DNA from: Alteromonas sp.
GTDB lineage: Bacteria; Pseudomonadota; Gammaproteobacteria; Enterobacterales; Alteromonadaceae
NCBI GenBank assembly: GCA_964230255.1
Contig: CAXRGW010000040.1
Span: 24,329 to 88,328, forward strand
Reading direction: 5' to 3'
DNA length: 64,000 bases
This document shows, one piece after another, positions 53,427-63,999 of the stretch. The notes beneath the pieces were generated by a model. It saw nothing but the letters and a program-made list of their open reading frames with translations, did no database searches and was not told where the DNA came from. The position numbers were made by a program, and so were the translations under genes. Position 1 is the first letter of the stretch, and each line of letters starts with the position of its first letter.

Positions 53427-54314
53427 GTGATGTACTATAAAAAATATTTGAACAGCCTGGCGAGCGCTCTTGCTCCTGTGTTCCTGGTATCGCTAATCTG
53501 GTCATCGGTAGCTATCGCCGACGAGTGCAATGACAATGATAATTGTATAGCTGTAAATAGCTGGCAGATTGGCATAGCTGCGGGTATCGGTGGCCGCACC
53601 AATCCTCTTGTCGGAGGTGACGACATTCCTCTTATAATACTACCAGACATCGCTTGGTACGGAAATTCACTGTACTTTGATAATGGCGAGTTTGGCTGGC
53701 AATGGAGCCACGAGAGCTTCAGTATTGAAACCTTTGTTGCGCCCAATACAGAAAAGGCTAATTTTAGTTTTTGGCATACGTCGAACATATTTATTCCAGC
53801 AGCTTCTATCCCGTCTGCGGCCCCAATTTCGGGCGATGAAACTAAAAACACCATCGAGCTTAACATTGATCAAATAGCATCGCGTAAATGGGCGCTAGAT
53901 GGAGGGATCAGATGGCAATGGTACGGAGAGAATCAACAGTTCAGTGTTGCACTGGTGCATGACATAACCAGCGTACATAGTGGTGCGCAGGCGATACTCA
54001 ATTACCATTACAGGATCCCTTATCAAGATTGGCGCTTTAGCGTTAATCCACAATTGCGCTGGGTCAGTGACAAATTAACTGATTATTACTACGGTATCGA
54101 CGCAAATGATACTGAAAACCTAGCGTTATTTTATACCGGTCAAGCTGGCTTCCAATGGGGCGCTGCCATTAACGCGACTTATCTGGTAGATAAACATTGG
54201 CACTGGCTATTTAGGTTGCAAACTTTGCAGTTACACACTGGCATGACAGACAGCCCAATTGTCAAACGCAGCAGCACGCAAACTGCCTTCATTGGCATCG
54301 CCTATCGGTTTTAA
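53427..54314 (+). CDS. MipA/OmpV-family outer membrane protein
   Basis: Signal peptide, HDIT.VHSG, DYYYG, DSPIV, terminal YRF. Confidence 0.88.
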   Translation: MMYYKKYLNSLASALAPVFLVSLIWSSVAIADECNDNDNCIAVNSWQIGIAAGIGGRTNPLVGGDDIPLIILPDIAWYGNSLYFDNGEFGWQWSHESFSIETFVAPNTEKANFSFWHTSNIFIPAASIPSAAPISGDETKNTIELNIDQIASRKWALDGGIRWQWYGENQQFSVALVHDITSVHSGAQAILNYHYRIPYQDWRFSVNPQLRWVSDKLTDYYYGIDANDTENLALFYTGQAGFQWGAAINATYLVDKHWHWLFRLQTLQLHTGMTDSPIVKRSSTQTAFIGIAYRF

Positions 54315-54694
54315 TGGAGATGGCGATGCTTAGAGCTTTGATTATATTACTACTACTGTCACACAACGTTATGGCCGATGAAAGATGGCAAATAACGCCT
54401 GTAGAGTGTGTTGTTGATGCGCAAAACGAAACCTGTGAAACTGTGATACAAATCACCCTTAGAGACCTGACATTGTTAGACCAAGATCTATGTGTATTTA
54501 TCGAGCAACAGTGGGTTGGTTGCTTCGCTGCGCAACGCTCGACCTTGCGGTACCCAACCAATATCCAACAATCAGTCACCCTCGTGCTGAAGATAAATAG
54601 CGGGCAAGTGGTGGCAGAATTTTCAATCCCTTACACAGTGCTTAGCGCTCAACAAAAACGTCGCAGGATCAGGTTACCTTGGAGCGTATTTTAA
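54314..54694 (+). CDS. Small periplasmic protein, DUF3019-like
   Basis: Signal peptide, four Cys, terminal RRR.R.PWSVF; TAATG overlaps on both sides. Confidence 0.7.
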   Translation: MEMAMLRALIILLLLSHNVMADERWQITPVECVVDAQNETCETVIQITLRDLTLLDQDLCVFIEQQWVGCFAAQRSTLRYPTNIQQSVTLVLKINSGQVVAEFSIPYTVLSAQQKRRRIRLPWSVF

Positions 54695-55398
54695 TGACTG
54701 CGCCGATACATATCGTTTTAGTAGAGGACGATCAACGTTTGCGTGAACTAGTACAGCAATACTTGCTCAAAAACGGATTTACCGTAACTGCCATGGCTGA
54801 TGGCCGTCAGTTATTATCCACCGTCCAACAAAGCCAACCAGCATTGGTGATCTTGGATATTATGTTGCCCGGAGCAGATGGCTTTGAACTGTGCCGCCAA
54901 ATCCGCCGATTCTACGCGGGTCCACTACTGTTTATGACAGCTAAAAACGAAGCAATTGACCAGGTACTTGGCTTTGAGCTAGGCGCTGACGATTACGTCA
55001 TAAAGCCTGTAGAACCGCGTATATTAGTCGCTCGCATCAATGCCTTATTACGACGCAGTTACAGTCACTCACATGAACAGCAAGAAGACCTTGTCTTTGG
55101 CAGTTTATCCATAAACAAAAGGGCCAGAAGAGTTGACTTAAATGGATCCGATATCACCCTGACTAGCCATGAATTTGATTTATTGTATATTTTGGCACAA
55201 AACGCTGGCCAAGTTGTTGAACGCGATGCCATTTATCGCAATCTAATTGGCCGCGAATATGACGGTTTGGATCGTTCTGCCGATGTTCGCATTAGTCGAC
55301 TGCGAAAGAAATTGGGCGACAATGCACAAAACCCTTTTCGCATTAAAACGATATGGGGCAAAGGTTTCTTTTTTGTGCCTGACGCATGGGAAAGCTAA
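54694..55398 (+). CDS. OmpR-family response regulator (RstA/CarR-like)
   Basis: VEDD, LDIMLPG, GADDYVIKP, DRSADVRISRLRKK. Confidence 0.93.
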   Translation: MTAPIHIVLVEDDQRLRELVQQYLLKNGFTVTAMADGRQLLSTVQQSQPALVILDIMLPGADGFELCRQIRRFYAGPLLFMTAKNEAIDQVLGFELGADDYVIKPVEPRILVARINALLRRSYSHSHEQQEDLVFGSLSINKRARRVDLNGSDITLTSHEFDLLYILAQNAGQVVERDAIYRNLIGREYDGLDRSADVRISRLRKKLGDNAQNPFRIKTIWGKGFFFVPDAWES

Positions 55399-55401
55399 TC
55401 G

Positions 55402-56631
55402 ATGACCAGGTTGTTTATTAGCTTATATTTGTTTATCGCGTTTAGCTTAGTCGGCCTGAGCGCCGGGCTAGACCGATTGTTTTGGGACCGTGATGAGGCA
55501 CTTACCAGCGAGCAGCAAGCGTGGCTCAGAAGCTTTGAAGCTATGCGACAGCAGTCCGATTCGTTGCACCGTTTTTTGGCGATATCCAAGCTTGACTATA
55601 CCGTCGACTCCACCAATGAAGTCGCCTTGGCTAACTCCATTCGTCAACAGATAGATCAGCAATCTATATTTCACGGATTCAGTGATACCCAGTGGTTGGT
55701 ATATGTGCCACTGGCAAATCAACAGTTGGCAACTATCCGATTTCCACGTGACGATTTGGATATTGATAATTGGTGGCTGTACAGCAGTGCATTCTTTCTA
55801 TTGCTCGGAGCACTGATTGCCGTGTGGCTTTATCCGTTATGGCGCGATCTCACCAGACTCACTAGCGCAACAAGAGAATTGGGTGACGACGGGCATCTAC
55901 CCTTACCGCATTTGAGCTCTCGATCACCCTTAAGAGATATATATCGAGCACTATCGGAATTGAGTCAAAAGGTAATTGCGTTACTCAAGAATCAACGTGA
56001 ATTAACCGGCGCTGTAACCCACGAATTTCGTACGCCACTCGCCCGATTAAAGTTTGCTTTGGCTGAAGACAGCCCATTAGATTCGAACCAGTTAGGCGCT
56101 ATCCGTGAAGATATTAACGAGCTAGAGCGCCTCGTGCAGGAAATGCTCGACTTTACCCGCTTAGATATTCATAAGCCAGAATTGCACATCGAATCAATTC
56201 CTTTGTACGAACTTTGTCAACAACGCATAGAACTGCTATCCACACATACTCAAATTGCTATATCAATTACCGGGGACAAACCGGTCTACAACGCTGATGG
56301 GCATTTAATCTCTCGTGCACTGGACAACGTCCTGAGCAATGCCATTCGCTATGCAAAAAAATGCATAATCGTAAGAATAGAGGAAGATCCGAACGCTATC
56401 TCGATTGCTGTCGATGATGATGGTGAAGGTATACCATCGAAATATCGCGATGTGGTTTTTAAACCTTTTTACCGTCCAGATACTGCGCGTGACAGGTCAA
56501 GTGGTGGAGCGGGCTTGGGTCTGGCTATAGTGCAACGTATTCAGCAATGGCACCAAGGAGACTGCTTCGTCGCAGACTCCCCACTAAAGGGCGCAAGAAT
56601 CGTACTTCGTTATCCAAAACCAGTAGAGTGA
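55402..56631 (+). CDS. Sensor histidine kinase (RstB-like)
   Basis: Two TMs, HEFRTPL, NAIRY, DDDGEG, GAGLGLA. Confidence 0.93.
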   Translation: MTRLFISLYLFIAFSLVGLSAGLDRLFWDRDEALTSEQQAWLRSFEAMRQQSDSLHRFLAISKLDYTVDSTNEVALANSIRQQIDQQSIFHGFSDTQWLVYVPLANQQLATIRFPRDDLDIDNWWLYSSAFFLLLGALIAVWLYPLWRDLTRLTSATRELGDDGHLPLPHLSSRSPLRDIYRALSELSQKVIALLKNQRELTGAVTHEFRTPLARLKFALAEDSPLDSNQLGAIREDINELERLVQEMLDFTRLDIHKPELHIESIPLYELCQQRIELLSTHTQIAISITGDKPVYNADGHLISRALDNVLSNAIRYAKKCIIVRIEEDPNAISIAVDDDGEGIPSKYRDVVFKPFYRPDTARDRSSGGAGLGLAIVQRIQQWHQGDCFVADSPLKGARIVLRYPKPVE

Positions 56632-56764
56632 TTCTTATACTCTGGTACCAACAACATTTGTATTTGCCCGATGCCTTCGAAGCTCGGTATTATGTGGTGA
56701 GTTTTTGCAGACGCCTGTAACATCCAACTTAAGCTACTAAGAATCTACATAAAAAGAGAAAAGT

Positions 56765-57286
56765 ATGGTCGCAATGTTAAGTCAATGGTCAAAGCAACGC
56801 TCGAGCTGGGCATTACTATTCATTTCAGCGCTGACTTTGGAGTTAACAGCCCTTTATTTTCAGCATGGCATGGGTTTACAACCTTGTATTAAATGCATCT
56901 ACCAACGCACAGCGATGTTTGGGATTTTGTTTGGTGCATTGTTACCATTACTGCATAACACTAGCTTAACGCGCCTCATTGCTTATGGCATATGGGGACT
57001 TTCTGCGGTCTGGGGCTTTATGATTGCCTATGAGCATGTCGATATCCTCAGCGCTCCTAATCCGTTTTTTGCCCCCTGCGAAATTGTACCAAACTTCCCT
57101 AGCTGGTTGCCTTTACACGAATGGCTACCTGATGTTTTTGCTGCAACTGGCGATTGTTTAGATGATTCCTGGCAATTTGCCGGTATGGGCATGGCGCAGT
57201 GGATGATGGTTGTATTTGGATTCTATGTAGCGTTACTGGCAGTTGTTCTTGCTGCGCGTTTAATCCACATCTTCAAGCGGCCATAA
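56765..57286 (+). CDS. dsbB: Disulfide bond formation protein B
   Basis: PCIKCIYQR, second Cys pair, four TMs. Confidence 0.95.
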   Translation: MVAMLSQWSKQRSSWALLFISALTLELTALYFQHGMGLQPCIKCIYQRTAMFGILFGALLPLLHNTSLTRLIAYGIWGLSAVWGFMIAYEHVDILSAPNPFFAPCEIVPNFPSWLPLHEWLPDVFAATGDCLDDSWQFAGMGMAQWMMVVFGFYVALLAVVLAARLIHIFKRP

Positions 57287-57769
57287 CGCTATATATTCTT
57301 GAAAGTCATCGAGGTACACATCTGCCTCGGAAACCGTCTTGCCACGCACAGACATCCCCGTTTTGTGCATTGCCGACTTTTTATTGCCGTTTAGTAACGG
57401 GTGCCAACTCGGTAAGCCTCGTCCTTCGTGTAAGCGCCGGTAACTGCAACTAGGTGGCATGTAGTAGATTTGGTCTAGGTTGTCTTTAGTCAGTTGAACA
57501 CATTCAGGGACTAACGTAGTTCGGTTTGCATAATCCGTGCAGCTACAGGTTTTAGTATTAAGCAGCTCACATACAATGTTGGTAAAATGCACGTGTTCAC
57601 CATCGTGAATAACGTCACTGCCATCAACTTCGTAAACAGAGCGTTCTTCCGTTTCATCATCAATAAACTTGTGCAGGCAACATTTTGCACAACCATCGCA
57701 TATCGACTCCCATTCTTGGGGCGTCATTTCTGCCAGTATCTTGGTTTCCCAAAAAGGTTTTTCAGCCAT
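57260..57769 (-). CDS. ycgN: YcgN-family cysteine cluster protein
   Basis: WESICDGCAKCCLHK, LPSWHPL. Confidence 0.92.
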   Translation of the reverse strand: MAEKPFWETKILAEMTPQEWESICDGCAKCCLHKFIDDETEERSVYEVDGSDVIHDGEHVHFTNIVCELLNTKTCSCTDYANRTTLVPECVQLTKDNLDQIYYMPPSCSYRRLHEGRGLPSWHPLLNGNKKSAMHKTGMSVRGKTVSEADVYLDDFQEYIALWPLEDVD

Positions 57770-57772
57770 AGT

Positions 57773-58444
57773 TTAATCCACAATACTTACGGTACTAGTA
57801 TAAGACATGTGAGCACCAAGCTGTAATGTTAGCTGATCACCATGGGCTATTTCCCCTACGCCTTTAGGCGTCCCAGTGAGCACTACATCCCCGGGTAACA
57901 AGGTAAAACTGTGTTGAATTTCGTCAAGTAACGCTGCAAAGCCAAATAGCATATCCCGAGGTTCGCCCTGCTGACGGAGCTCACCATTGATTGATAAGGA
58001 GAATACGTGCTGCCAATCACCATTGAGTTCATCAATGGGAGTAAAGGGCGTTATTGGACAACTGCCATCAAATGCTTTAGCTCGCTCCCAAGGGTGTCCG
58101 GCAGCCTTTAATCGCGATTGGGTAGTGCGCAATGTTAAATCTAACCCAAGCCCCATCCCCGTCACCGATGACAATATCGGCGAGCCATTTAAATTCGCGG
58201 TATTTTTACCAATCAATAGGGCGATTTCTAACTCGTAATGATAGGACTCATTTCGCTGCGGTAGATTTATCCCCTTGGAGACGTGCATAAATGCGGTTGC
58301 AGGCTTGATAAACAATACTGGTTCTTTTGGTATCTCGTTGCCCAATTCACGCGCGTGTTCGGCGTAATTTCGACCTACGCAGACAATCTTGCCTGGTGGA
58401 TAATCGACAGCTTCACCATTGCGCCATTGATGTGAGTAGCTCAT
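57773..58444 (-). CDS. ycgM: Fumarylacetoacetate hydrolase-family protein
   Basis: CVGRNYAEH, HYELE, KAFDGS, LTGTPKGVG. Confidence 0.88.
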   Translation of the reverse strand: MSYSHQWRNGEAVDYPPGKIVCVGRNYAEHARELGNEIPKEPVLFIKPATAFMHVSKGINLPQRNESYHYELEIALLIGKNTANLNGSPILSSVTGMGLGLDLTLRTTQSRLKAAGHPWERAKAFDGSCPITPFTPIDELNGDWQHVFSLSINGELRQQGEPRDMLFGFAALLDEIQHSFTLLPGDVVLTGTPKGVGEIAHGDQLTLQLGAHMSYTSTVSIVD

Positions 58445-59418
58445 GAACCTTTTTTAATCCGCTCTGATAAATAAGCGACAGACACACCAAAATAACTTGA
58501 GCGATTCCATCTCATCAGCGTTTGGAAGTTGTTGTATACCAAATAGGCCCGCCCTTCTGGGCCGTCTGGCATGACGAGGTTGGCTTGCATAGCAACACGT
58601 GGCAGGTCACGTCCATCGAAACGTCTAACCCCTAGCAACTGCCACTCAGATAAATCCTTAGCGGCTTTGCGATTCAGACCTGCCAGTTGACTCAAATCCG
58701 GATCAATTAGACTCACTTGGCGTCCCCATGTCTGAGAACCGTTCCAGCCTTCACTTGCCAAGTAGTTAGCAATCGAAGCAAACACATCTGCTGTTGAGTT
58801 CCATATATCGGTTCTGCTGTCACCGTCAAAGTCAACGGCATAAGCCAAAAATGAACTCGGTAAAAACTGACTTTGGCCCATAGCACCTGCCCAGGAACCA
58901 GTAAAACTTGCCAACTCGACATGACCTGCTTGAAGGATTGCCAATGCATCAAAAAACTGTCTGCGGAACAACGCCTCACGCCGACCTTCGAACGCCAAAG
59001 TCGCAAGCGCAGATAACACTGGCACTTTCCCCTGAATACGTCCGAAGTTACTTTCATTGCCCCATAGCGCAACAATAAATCGCTTTTGAACGCCATATTG
59101 GCGTTCCACAGCGTCTAAAACGGTTAAATGCTCGTTGAGCAATTCGACGGCTTGTTTGACTTTCCAGTCCGGAACGCGAGTTCGCAGATATTCAGTAAGC
59201 GTGATCTTGCGTTCAGGCTGATTGCGATCTCGTTTAATCACTCGCTCGCGCATCTTGATGGTAGCAAAAGCAGGTGCTAAAAAAGTTTCATCATAGCCCT
59301 TGGCTATGGCTTCTGACTTTAATCCGGCAACATAGTTATCAAAGGCCAGCTGTTGTTCGTTTGCTTGCACTGTGCTCGCTATTAGCAAAGTTACTGCAAA
59401 ACCGAAGAATTTGAGCAT
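58441..59418 (-). CDS. MltB-family lytic murein transglycosylase
   Basis: ALWGNESNFG, GSWAGAMGQSQFLPSS, DFDGD. Confidence 0.93.
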   Translation of the reverse strand: MLKFFGFAVTLLIASTVQANEQQLAFDNYVAGLKSEAIAKGYDETFLAPAFATIKMRERVIKRDRNQPERKITLTEYLRTRVPDWKVKQAVELLNEHLTVLDAVERQYGVQKRFIVALWGNESNFGRIQGKVPVLSALATLAFEGRREALFRRQFFDALAILQAGHVELASFTGSWAGAMGQSQFLPSSFLAYAVDFDGDSRTDIWNSTADVFASIANYLASEGWNGSQTWGRQVSLIDPDLSQLAGLNRKAAKDLSEWQLLGVRRFDGRDLPRVAMQANLVMPDGPEGRAYLVYNNFQTLMRWNRSSYFGVSVAYLSERIKKGS

Positions 59419-59419
59419 G

Positions 59420-59734
59420 TTAATAATCCGCCTTGGGTGGCTCTGGCGCCAGCCCTAGAGATTCCCGATGCTCGGCTAGCCAGTTTTCTTGCTGCGGTGG
59501 CATTTGCAAGTAAAAGCCATCGCGCTCGAAAGCGTCAATCAATGCTTCTTTGCTAACGCTGTGTAAGGTTTTAGTGGTTTTCTGCGGAATATGCATGACC
59601 AGTTGTGGTTGACCGAAGCGCTCCATTAACACCTTTGGCACGGCATCGAAATTATCCACTTCGGGAATATATAAAAACATACCGTCTTTTTTACGCGTTT
59701 TGTACACGCTGCAAAGGAGGCTGAGTGTGCTCAT
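59420..59734 (-). CDS. ycgL: YcgL-domain protein
   Basis: CSVYK, VP..L..FG.P, GFYLQMPP. Confidence 0.92.
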   Translation of the reverse strand: MSTLSLLCSVYKTRKKDGMFLYIPEVDNFDAVPKVLMERFGQPQLVMHIPQKTTKTLHSVSKEALIDAFERDGFYLQMPPQQENWLAEHRESLGLAPEPPKADY

Positions 59735-60912
59735 TAAATCTCTCGTAAAGGTTTTCCTAATTGGGACAAAGCGCGCCGTTTAAACAACTGCCCTCGCCAA
59801 CCTATTAATAAATCGGGCAACAAACCCGTCACAGCGGTTTCATCTATTTCAAACCACCACCATTTTAGTAGCTGGTTCAACTGTTTCTTAGACGCTAACA
59901 ACTCGACTGATATGCCGTTCTCTGCGGCCACCTGCTGACATTGTTCCTTTAGACTCGCTAGTTGTTTTTTATATATAGGCATATCGGCGAGCCGCTTCAC
60001 ACGAGGCACAATACAGGCTTCTGGTTCGGTATTATACGCGTGAACCGCTTGGTTCACTATGCCAATTAATTGATCACCGCGTTTGCGAATTTCTTGTGGC
60101 AACAATACTCGCATGCCCGATAACTTAGACTTACTGCGCGGCATATGCATAGCTACACAAACCAAATGCTGCTCTTTGACAATAAAATTAATCGCGGTAT
60201 CAGTTTCACGGGCTAGCGTTAAACGCCATGCCGCTAAGCGCTGCAAAACAAAGCGTTGTTGAGCGTTGAGTTTCCACACATTTCCAAAGGTGAGATAAGC
60301 ATACTCCACGGGTAAAATCGCCGCTTTCTTCGCCGCTAATGTCGCCAGCTCTTGGTAGATCATTTCGCGCCGATTAATAGCATCTATTTCTGCAGCCAAA
60401 TCCAGGTAACACTGATACAAATAAATCACATCGTTAGCTGCATAGCGCAATTGTTTGTCAGTGAGTGGTCTTGCCAACCAATCTGTGCGGGACTCACCCT
60501 TATCAATCTGAATGTCGCAAACTAACTCAACGAGTTTCGCATAACCGAGCGTTGGCCCCATAGCTAGAACATTAGCCGCAAATTGCGTATCAAATATAGG
60601 CGCAGGGGTAACGTTAAAGTGACTTTGAAAAACTTCTAAATCTTCGGAACAGGCATGCAACACCTTTACGATACTTTCGTCGCCAAGCAACCGTGCGAAA
60701 GGTGCCACATCGTCGAGATATGTAGGATCGATCAAAAAGGTAGACTGCCCATCATTGACTTGCAACAAGCCAAGCTGTGGCAGTAGCGTTCGCGTTCTTA
60801 CAAACTCAGTATCAAGTACCAAGACGTTGTTGTGCGAAAGCTTCTCGCACAACGCTTCAAAATCTCTTTGGCTTTCTATTAATAGGTAGTCAGTAGTCGT
60901 TTCAGGCGCCAT
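59734..60912 (-). CDS. rnd: Ribonuclease D
   Basis: LDTEFVR, LHACSEDLE, TDWLARPL, YAANDV; downstream of fadD. Confidence 0.95.
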   Translation of the reverse strand: MAPETTTDYLLIESQRDFEALCEKLSHNNVLVLDTEFVRTRTLLPQLGLLQVNDGQSTFLIDPTYLDDVAPFARLLGDESIVKVLHACSEDLEVFQSHFNVTPAPIFDTQFAANVLAMGPTLGYAKLVELVCDIQIDKGESRTDWLARPLTDKQLRYAANDVIYLYQCYLDLAAEIDAINRREMIYQELATLAAKKAAILPVEYAYLTFGNVWKLNAQQRFVLQRLAAWRLTLARETDTAINFIVKEQHLVCVAMHMPRSKSKLSGMRVLLPQEIRKRGDQLIGIVNQAVHAYNTEPEACIVPRVKRLADMPIYKKQLASLKEQCQQVAAENGISVELLASKKQLNQLLKWWWFEIDETAVTGLLPDLLIGWRGQLFKRRALSQLGKPLREI

Positions 60913-60921
60913 TAATAGTGC

Positions 60922-62574
60922 TTAATCACGGAGCTCACGGCGTAAAATTTTACCTACATTGGTTTTCGGCAAATCGTCTTTAAACACGATGTGTTTTGGT
61001 ACTTTGTAACCCGTAAGGTGCGAGCGACAATGCTCGATAACCATTGCTTCAGTTAACGCATCGTCTTTCTTAACTACAAAGAGTTTAACCACCTCACCAG
61101 AAACTTCGTGCGGTACTCCCACCGCAGCTGCCTCTAGCACCATATCGTGCATAGCAGCGACTTCCTCAATTTCGTTAGGGAATACATTAAAACCAGAAAC
61201 CAAAATCATATCTTTTTTGCGATCAACAATGTAGAAATACCCATGTTCATCAACTTTGGCAATATCGCCCGTGGCTAACCAACCATCTTTAAGTATTTCG
61301 TCAGTCGCCTCTTGGCGATTGAGATAGCCCAACATGACTTGCGGGCCTTTGACCCACATCTCACCGGCTTCTCCAGCTGCCACTTCATTGCCATCATCGT
61401 CCATAAGTTTAATGTCTGTGGATGGAACGGGCATACCAATGCTGCCTTTATAGGCCTCTAATTGTGGAGGGTTGACCGTCACTACCGGCGAGCATTCAGT
61501 CAAGCCATAGCCTTCAAGCAATACTGTACCAGTTACTTCATGCCACTTTTCAGCCACTGGGCGTTGCACTGCCATTCCGCCACCAAGACCAAACTTAAAG
61601 TTACTAAAATCGAGCTCACTAAACCCAGGGGTATTTATCAAACCATTAAACAGAGTATTAACGCCCGGCAAGATTGCAAATGGGTATTTAGCCAGCTCGC
61701 TAACAAAGCCCGGCATATCGCGTGGATTGGTGATCAGCAAATTAGGACAGCCAAATTTCATAAACAGCAAGCAACTGCCTTGCAATGCGAAAATGTGATA
61801 CAGCGGCAGCGCCGTCACCACTAAGTCTTTGCCAGGTGTTATTGCGGTAGCCAATATACCTGAGACTTGCTCTAAATTAGCCACTAGGTTGCGGTGAGTT
61901 AACATCCCGCCTTTGGAGACACCAGTTGTTCCACCTGTATATTGTAAGAAGGCTAAGTCAGTGTTCTTGACGTCTGGGCGGTCATAACTTTGTGACTCTC
62001 CTTGTTTCAACGCTTGAGTAAATCGCTTAGCGCCGGGCAGATTGTATTCAGGGATCATCTTTTTGAGATGCTTAACCCCAAAATTGACTATCCAACGTTT
62101 AGGTGCTGGCAACATGTCCCCGATAGAAGTCAACAACACATTCTCTACCGGCGTATCGCCAATGACCTGCTCTAACGTTGTAGCGAAGTTTTCGACGATA
62201 ACGATAGTTTTAACATTTGCATCAGTAAGCTGGTGCTGTAACTCACGTGGCGTGTACAAAGGGTTGACATTAACTACCACCATTCCAGCGCGCAGCACAC
62301 CAAAGATTGCAACTGGGTATTGCAGCATATTCGGCATCATAATCGCGACTGAGTCACCGCGCTTTAGACCTGAGTTTTGCAAGTAGGCAGCAAACTGTTT
62401 GGAAAGCTGGTCAAGCTCACCAAAAGTCATTGAGTGCCCCATGTTGATGTACGCAGCTTTATCGCTGTATTTTTCAACCGATTGTTCAAAAACATCGACG
62501 ATAGAGGAGTATGCGTCAGGATTAATTTCAGGTTCTATGCGAGGGTCATAATGCTGTAGCCAAACTTTTTCCAT
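60922..62574 (-). CDS. fadD: Long-chain fatty acid-CoA ligase
   Basis: [32 protein letters not shown]. Confidence 0.96.
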   Translation of the reverse strand: MEKVWLQHYDPRIEPEINPDAYSSIVDVFEQSVEKYSDKAAYINMGHSMTFGELDQLSKQFAAYLQNSGLKRGDSVAIMMPNMLQYPVAIFGVLRAGMVVVNVNPLYTPRELQHQLTDANVKTIVIVENFATTLEQVIGDTPVENVLLTSIGDMLPAPKRWIVNFGVKHLKKMIPEYNLPGAKRFTQALKQGESQSYDRPDVKNTDLAFLQYTGGTTGVSKGGMLTHRNLVANLEQVSGILATAITPGKDLVVTALPLYHIFALQGSCLLFMKFGCPNLLITNPRDMPGFVSELAKYPFAILPGVNTLFNGLINTPGFSELDFSNFKFGLGGGMAVQRPVAEKWHEVTGTVLLEGYGLTECSPVVTVNPPQLEAYKGSIGMPVPSTDIKLMDDDGNEVAAGEAGEMWVKGPQVMLGYLNRQEATDEILKDGWLATGDIAKVDEHGYFYIVDRKKDMILVSGFNVFPNEIEEVAAMHDMVLEAAAVGVPHEVSGEVVKLFVVKKDDALTEAMVIEHCRSHLTGYKVPKHIVFKDDLPKTNVGKILRRELRD

Positions 62575-62700
62575 GGTGTTTCCAGCTGTCTTTATTATTG
62601 TTTAACGTCACTGATTAAAATCGCACGGGAGCGACAATAACCGACTATCTGTAATAAAGGTAACACAAAGTTAAATGATGCGAAGCTATAATTGTTAATT

Positions 62701-63582
62701 TCATTCGGGTAAGTTGCGCAAAAATACGGCGATCGATGACCAAAATTGCTCAGTTTGGTACATATGCAAGTGATGTCCACCATTCATATGAACAATTTCT
62801 GCATTGCTAAACCACTGTATACGTTGTTGCCAAGTACCTCGCTTGGCCAGCAAGCCTTGATTGGCAATGATGATTTGCATTGGACTCGTTACACCCGCCA
62901 TGAACTCTTGCGCTTGTTGTTCGGTCAAGCGAATCAATGAAGCATTGCGCAGACGACTGTCGGTGCGCCATACGACTTGCGTTCCTCCTTCGCCAGCCTC
63001 AACAATCACTGGACGCGTTGCGCGTTGAACCAGCAACTCAACCAATTCATAGTTCAACTCTGTGTGTTGTTGACGCTTTTCGACAAGTTGAGCCAACGGT
63101 ACTGGGTTCGAAACAGAGCGTTTAGCGCGACGTTTTTGCCGGCTGAGCACACCTGAGCGCAAATTCTCTGCGACCGAGTTTTCGGTTACTATCGGCCCCA
63201 TAGCATCAATGGAAACAACGGCTCTTATCATCTCGGGAAAAGTTGCTGCGTATATGCTGGATAAAATTCCGCCCATTGAGTGCCCCAAGAGAATCACATC
63301 GTGCCACTCTTGCTGTGTAATTAGTTGATGTAAGTCATCAATATAGTCAAACTGCTGATAATCAGACCCCTGAGGTCGGTGGTCTGATAAACCATGACCG
63401 GCCCAGTCGAGTGCAATAACATGATAGTCATTCATCTCTGCGAGTAACGGTACAAAACTAGCGGCATTATCCAACCAGCCGTGCAACGCAAGAATAAGCG
63501 GCTTGCCAACGAGATTATTGGTTAAGCCACGTAATGTTATATGCGGTAATTCAAACGCGATGGGGTCTAATTGGTTTTGCAT
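62701..63582 (-). CDS. Alpha/beta hydrolase
   Basis: LHGWLDNAASF, GHSMG, GGHHLHM. Confidence 0.9.
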   Translation of the reverse strand: MQNQLDPIAFELPHITLRGLTNNLVGKPLILALHGWLDNAASFVPLLAEMNDYHVIALDWAGHGLSDHRPQGSDYQQFDYIDDLHQLITQQEWHDVILLGHSMGGILSSIYAATFPEMIRAVVSIDAMGPIVTENSVAENLRSGVLSRQKRRAKRSVSNPVPLAQLVEKRQQHTELNYELVELLVQRATRPVIVEAGEGGTQVVWRTDSRLRNASLIRLTEQQAQEFMAGVTSPMQIIIANQGLLAKRGTWQQRIQWFSNAEIVHMNGGHHLHMYQTEQFWSSIAVFLRNLPE

Positions 63583-63726
63583 AATGTTCCTTTACCGCTT
63601 TTGTAGTTCCCAGTAAAACCTGTAATAACACTTGATGCAACTATCGTGTATCAAAACGCTATTCGGCAAGAGACTGCTGGAGGAAGGCAATAATTTGCCG
63701 CTGATTGGCAAATAATAGCCGCTTAG

Positions 63727-63999
63727 CTATGCGTAAATATCAATACCTAACAAGCCCCTTATTTCATCTCGGCGCTGCTCGGTTTGCAAGCTTTGATAGG
63801 TGTCTAACGCTGACTGGGTCTGAGGATTGGGAGCATCATAGTTAGTCCGACGTTGTTGTCGAAAACGCTCGGCTTGCTCAAAGGCTTCAGCATTTGCTTG
63901 GCGTGAAACGGTCTGCGTAATCGGAAGCTCAGTCTGCTGACGCTGCTGTTGTTGCGCGCGCGCCTCTGCCTCACGCTCGGGCTGACGTTGCGCGGAGTT
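63727..63999 (-). CDS. C-terminal part of a Gln/Arg-rich hypothetical protein (cut by the window edge; absent from the ORF track)
   Basis: Hand translation: NSAQRQPEREAEARAQQQQRQQ...SALDTYQSLQTEQRRDEIRGLLGIDIYA*. Confidence 0.75.
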   Translation of the reverse strand, partial: NSAQRQPEREAEARAQQQQRQQTELPITQTVSRQANAEAFEQAERFRQQRRTNYDAPNPQTQSALDTYQSLQTEQRRDEIRGLLGIDIYA

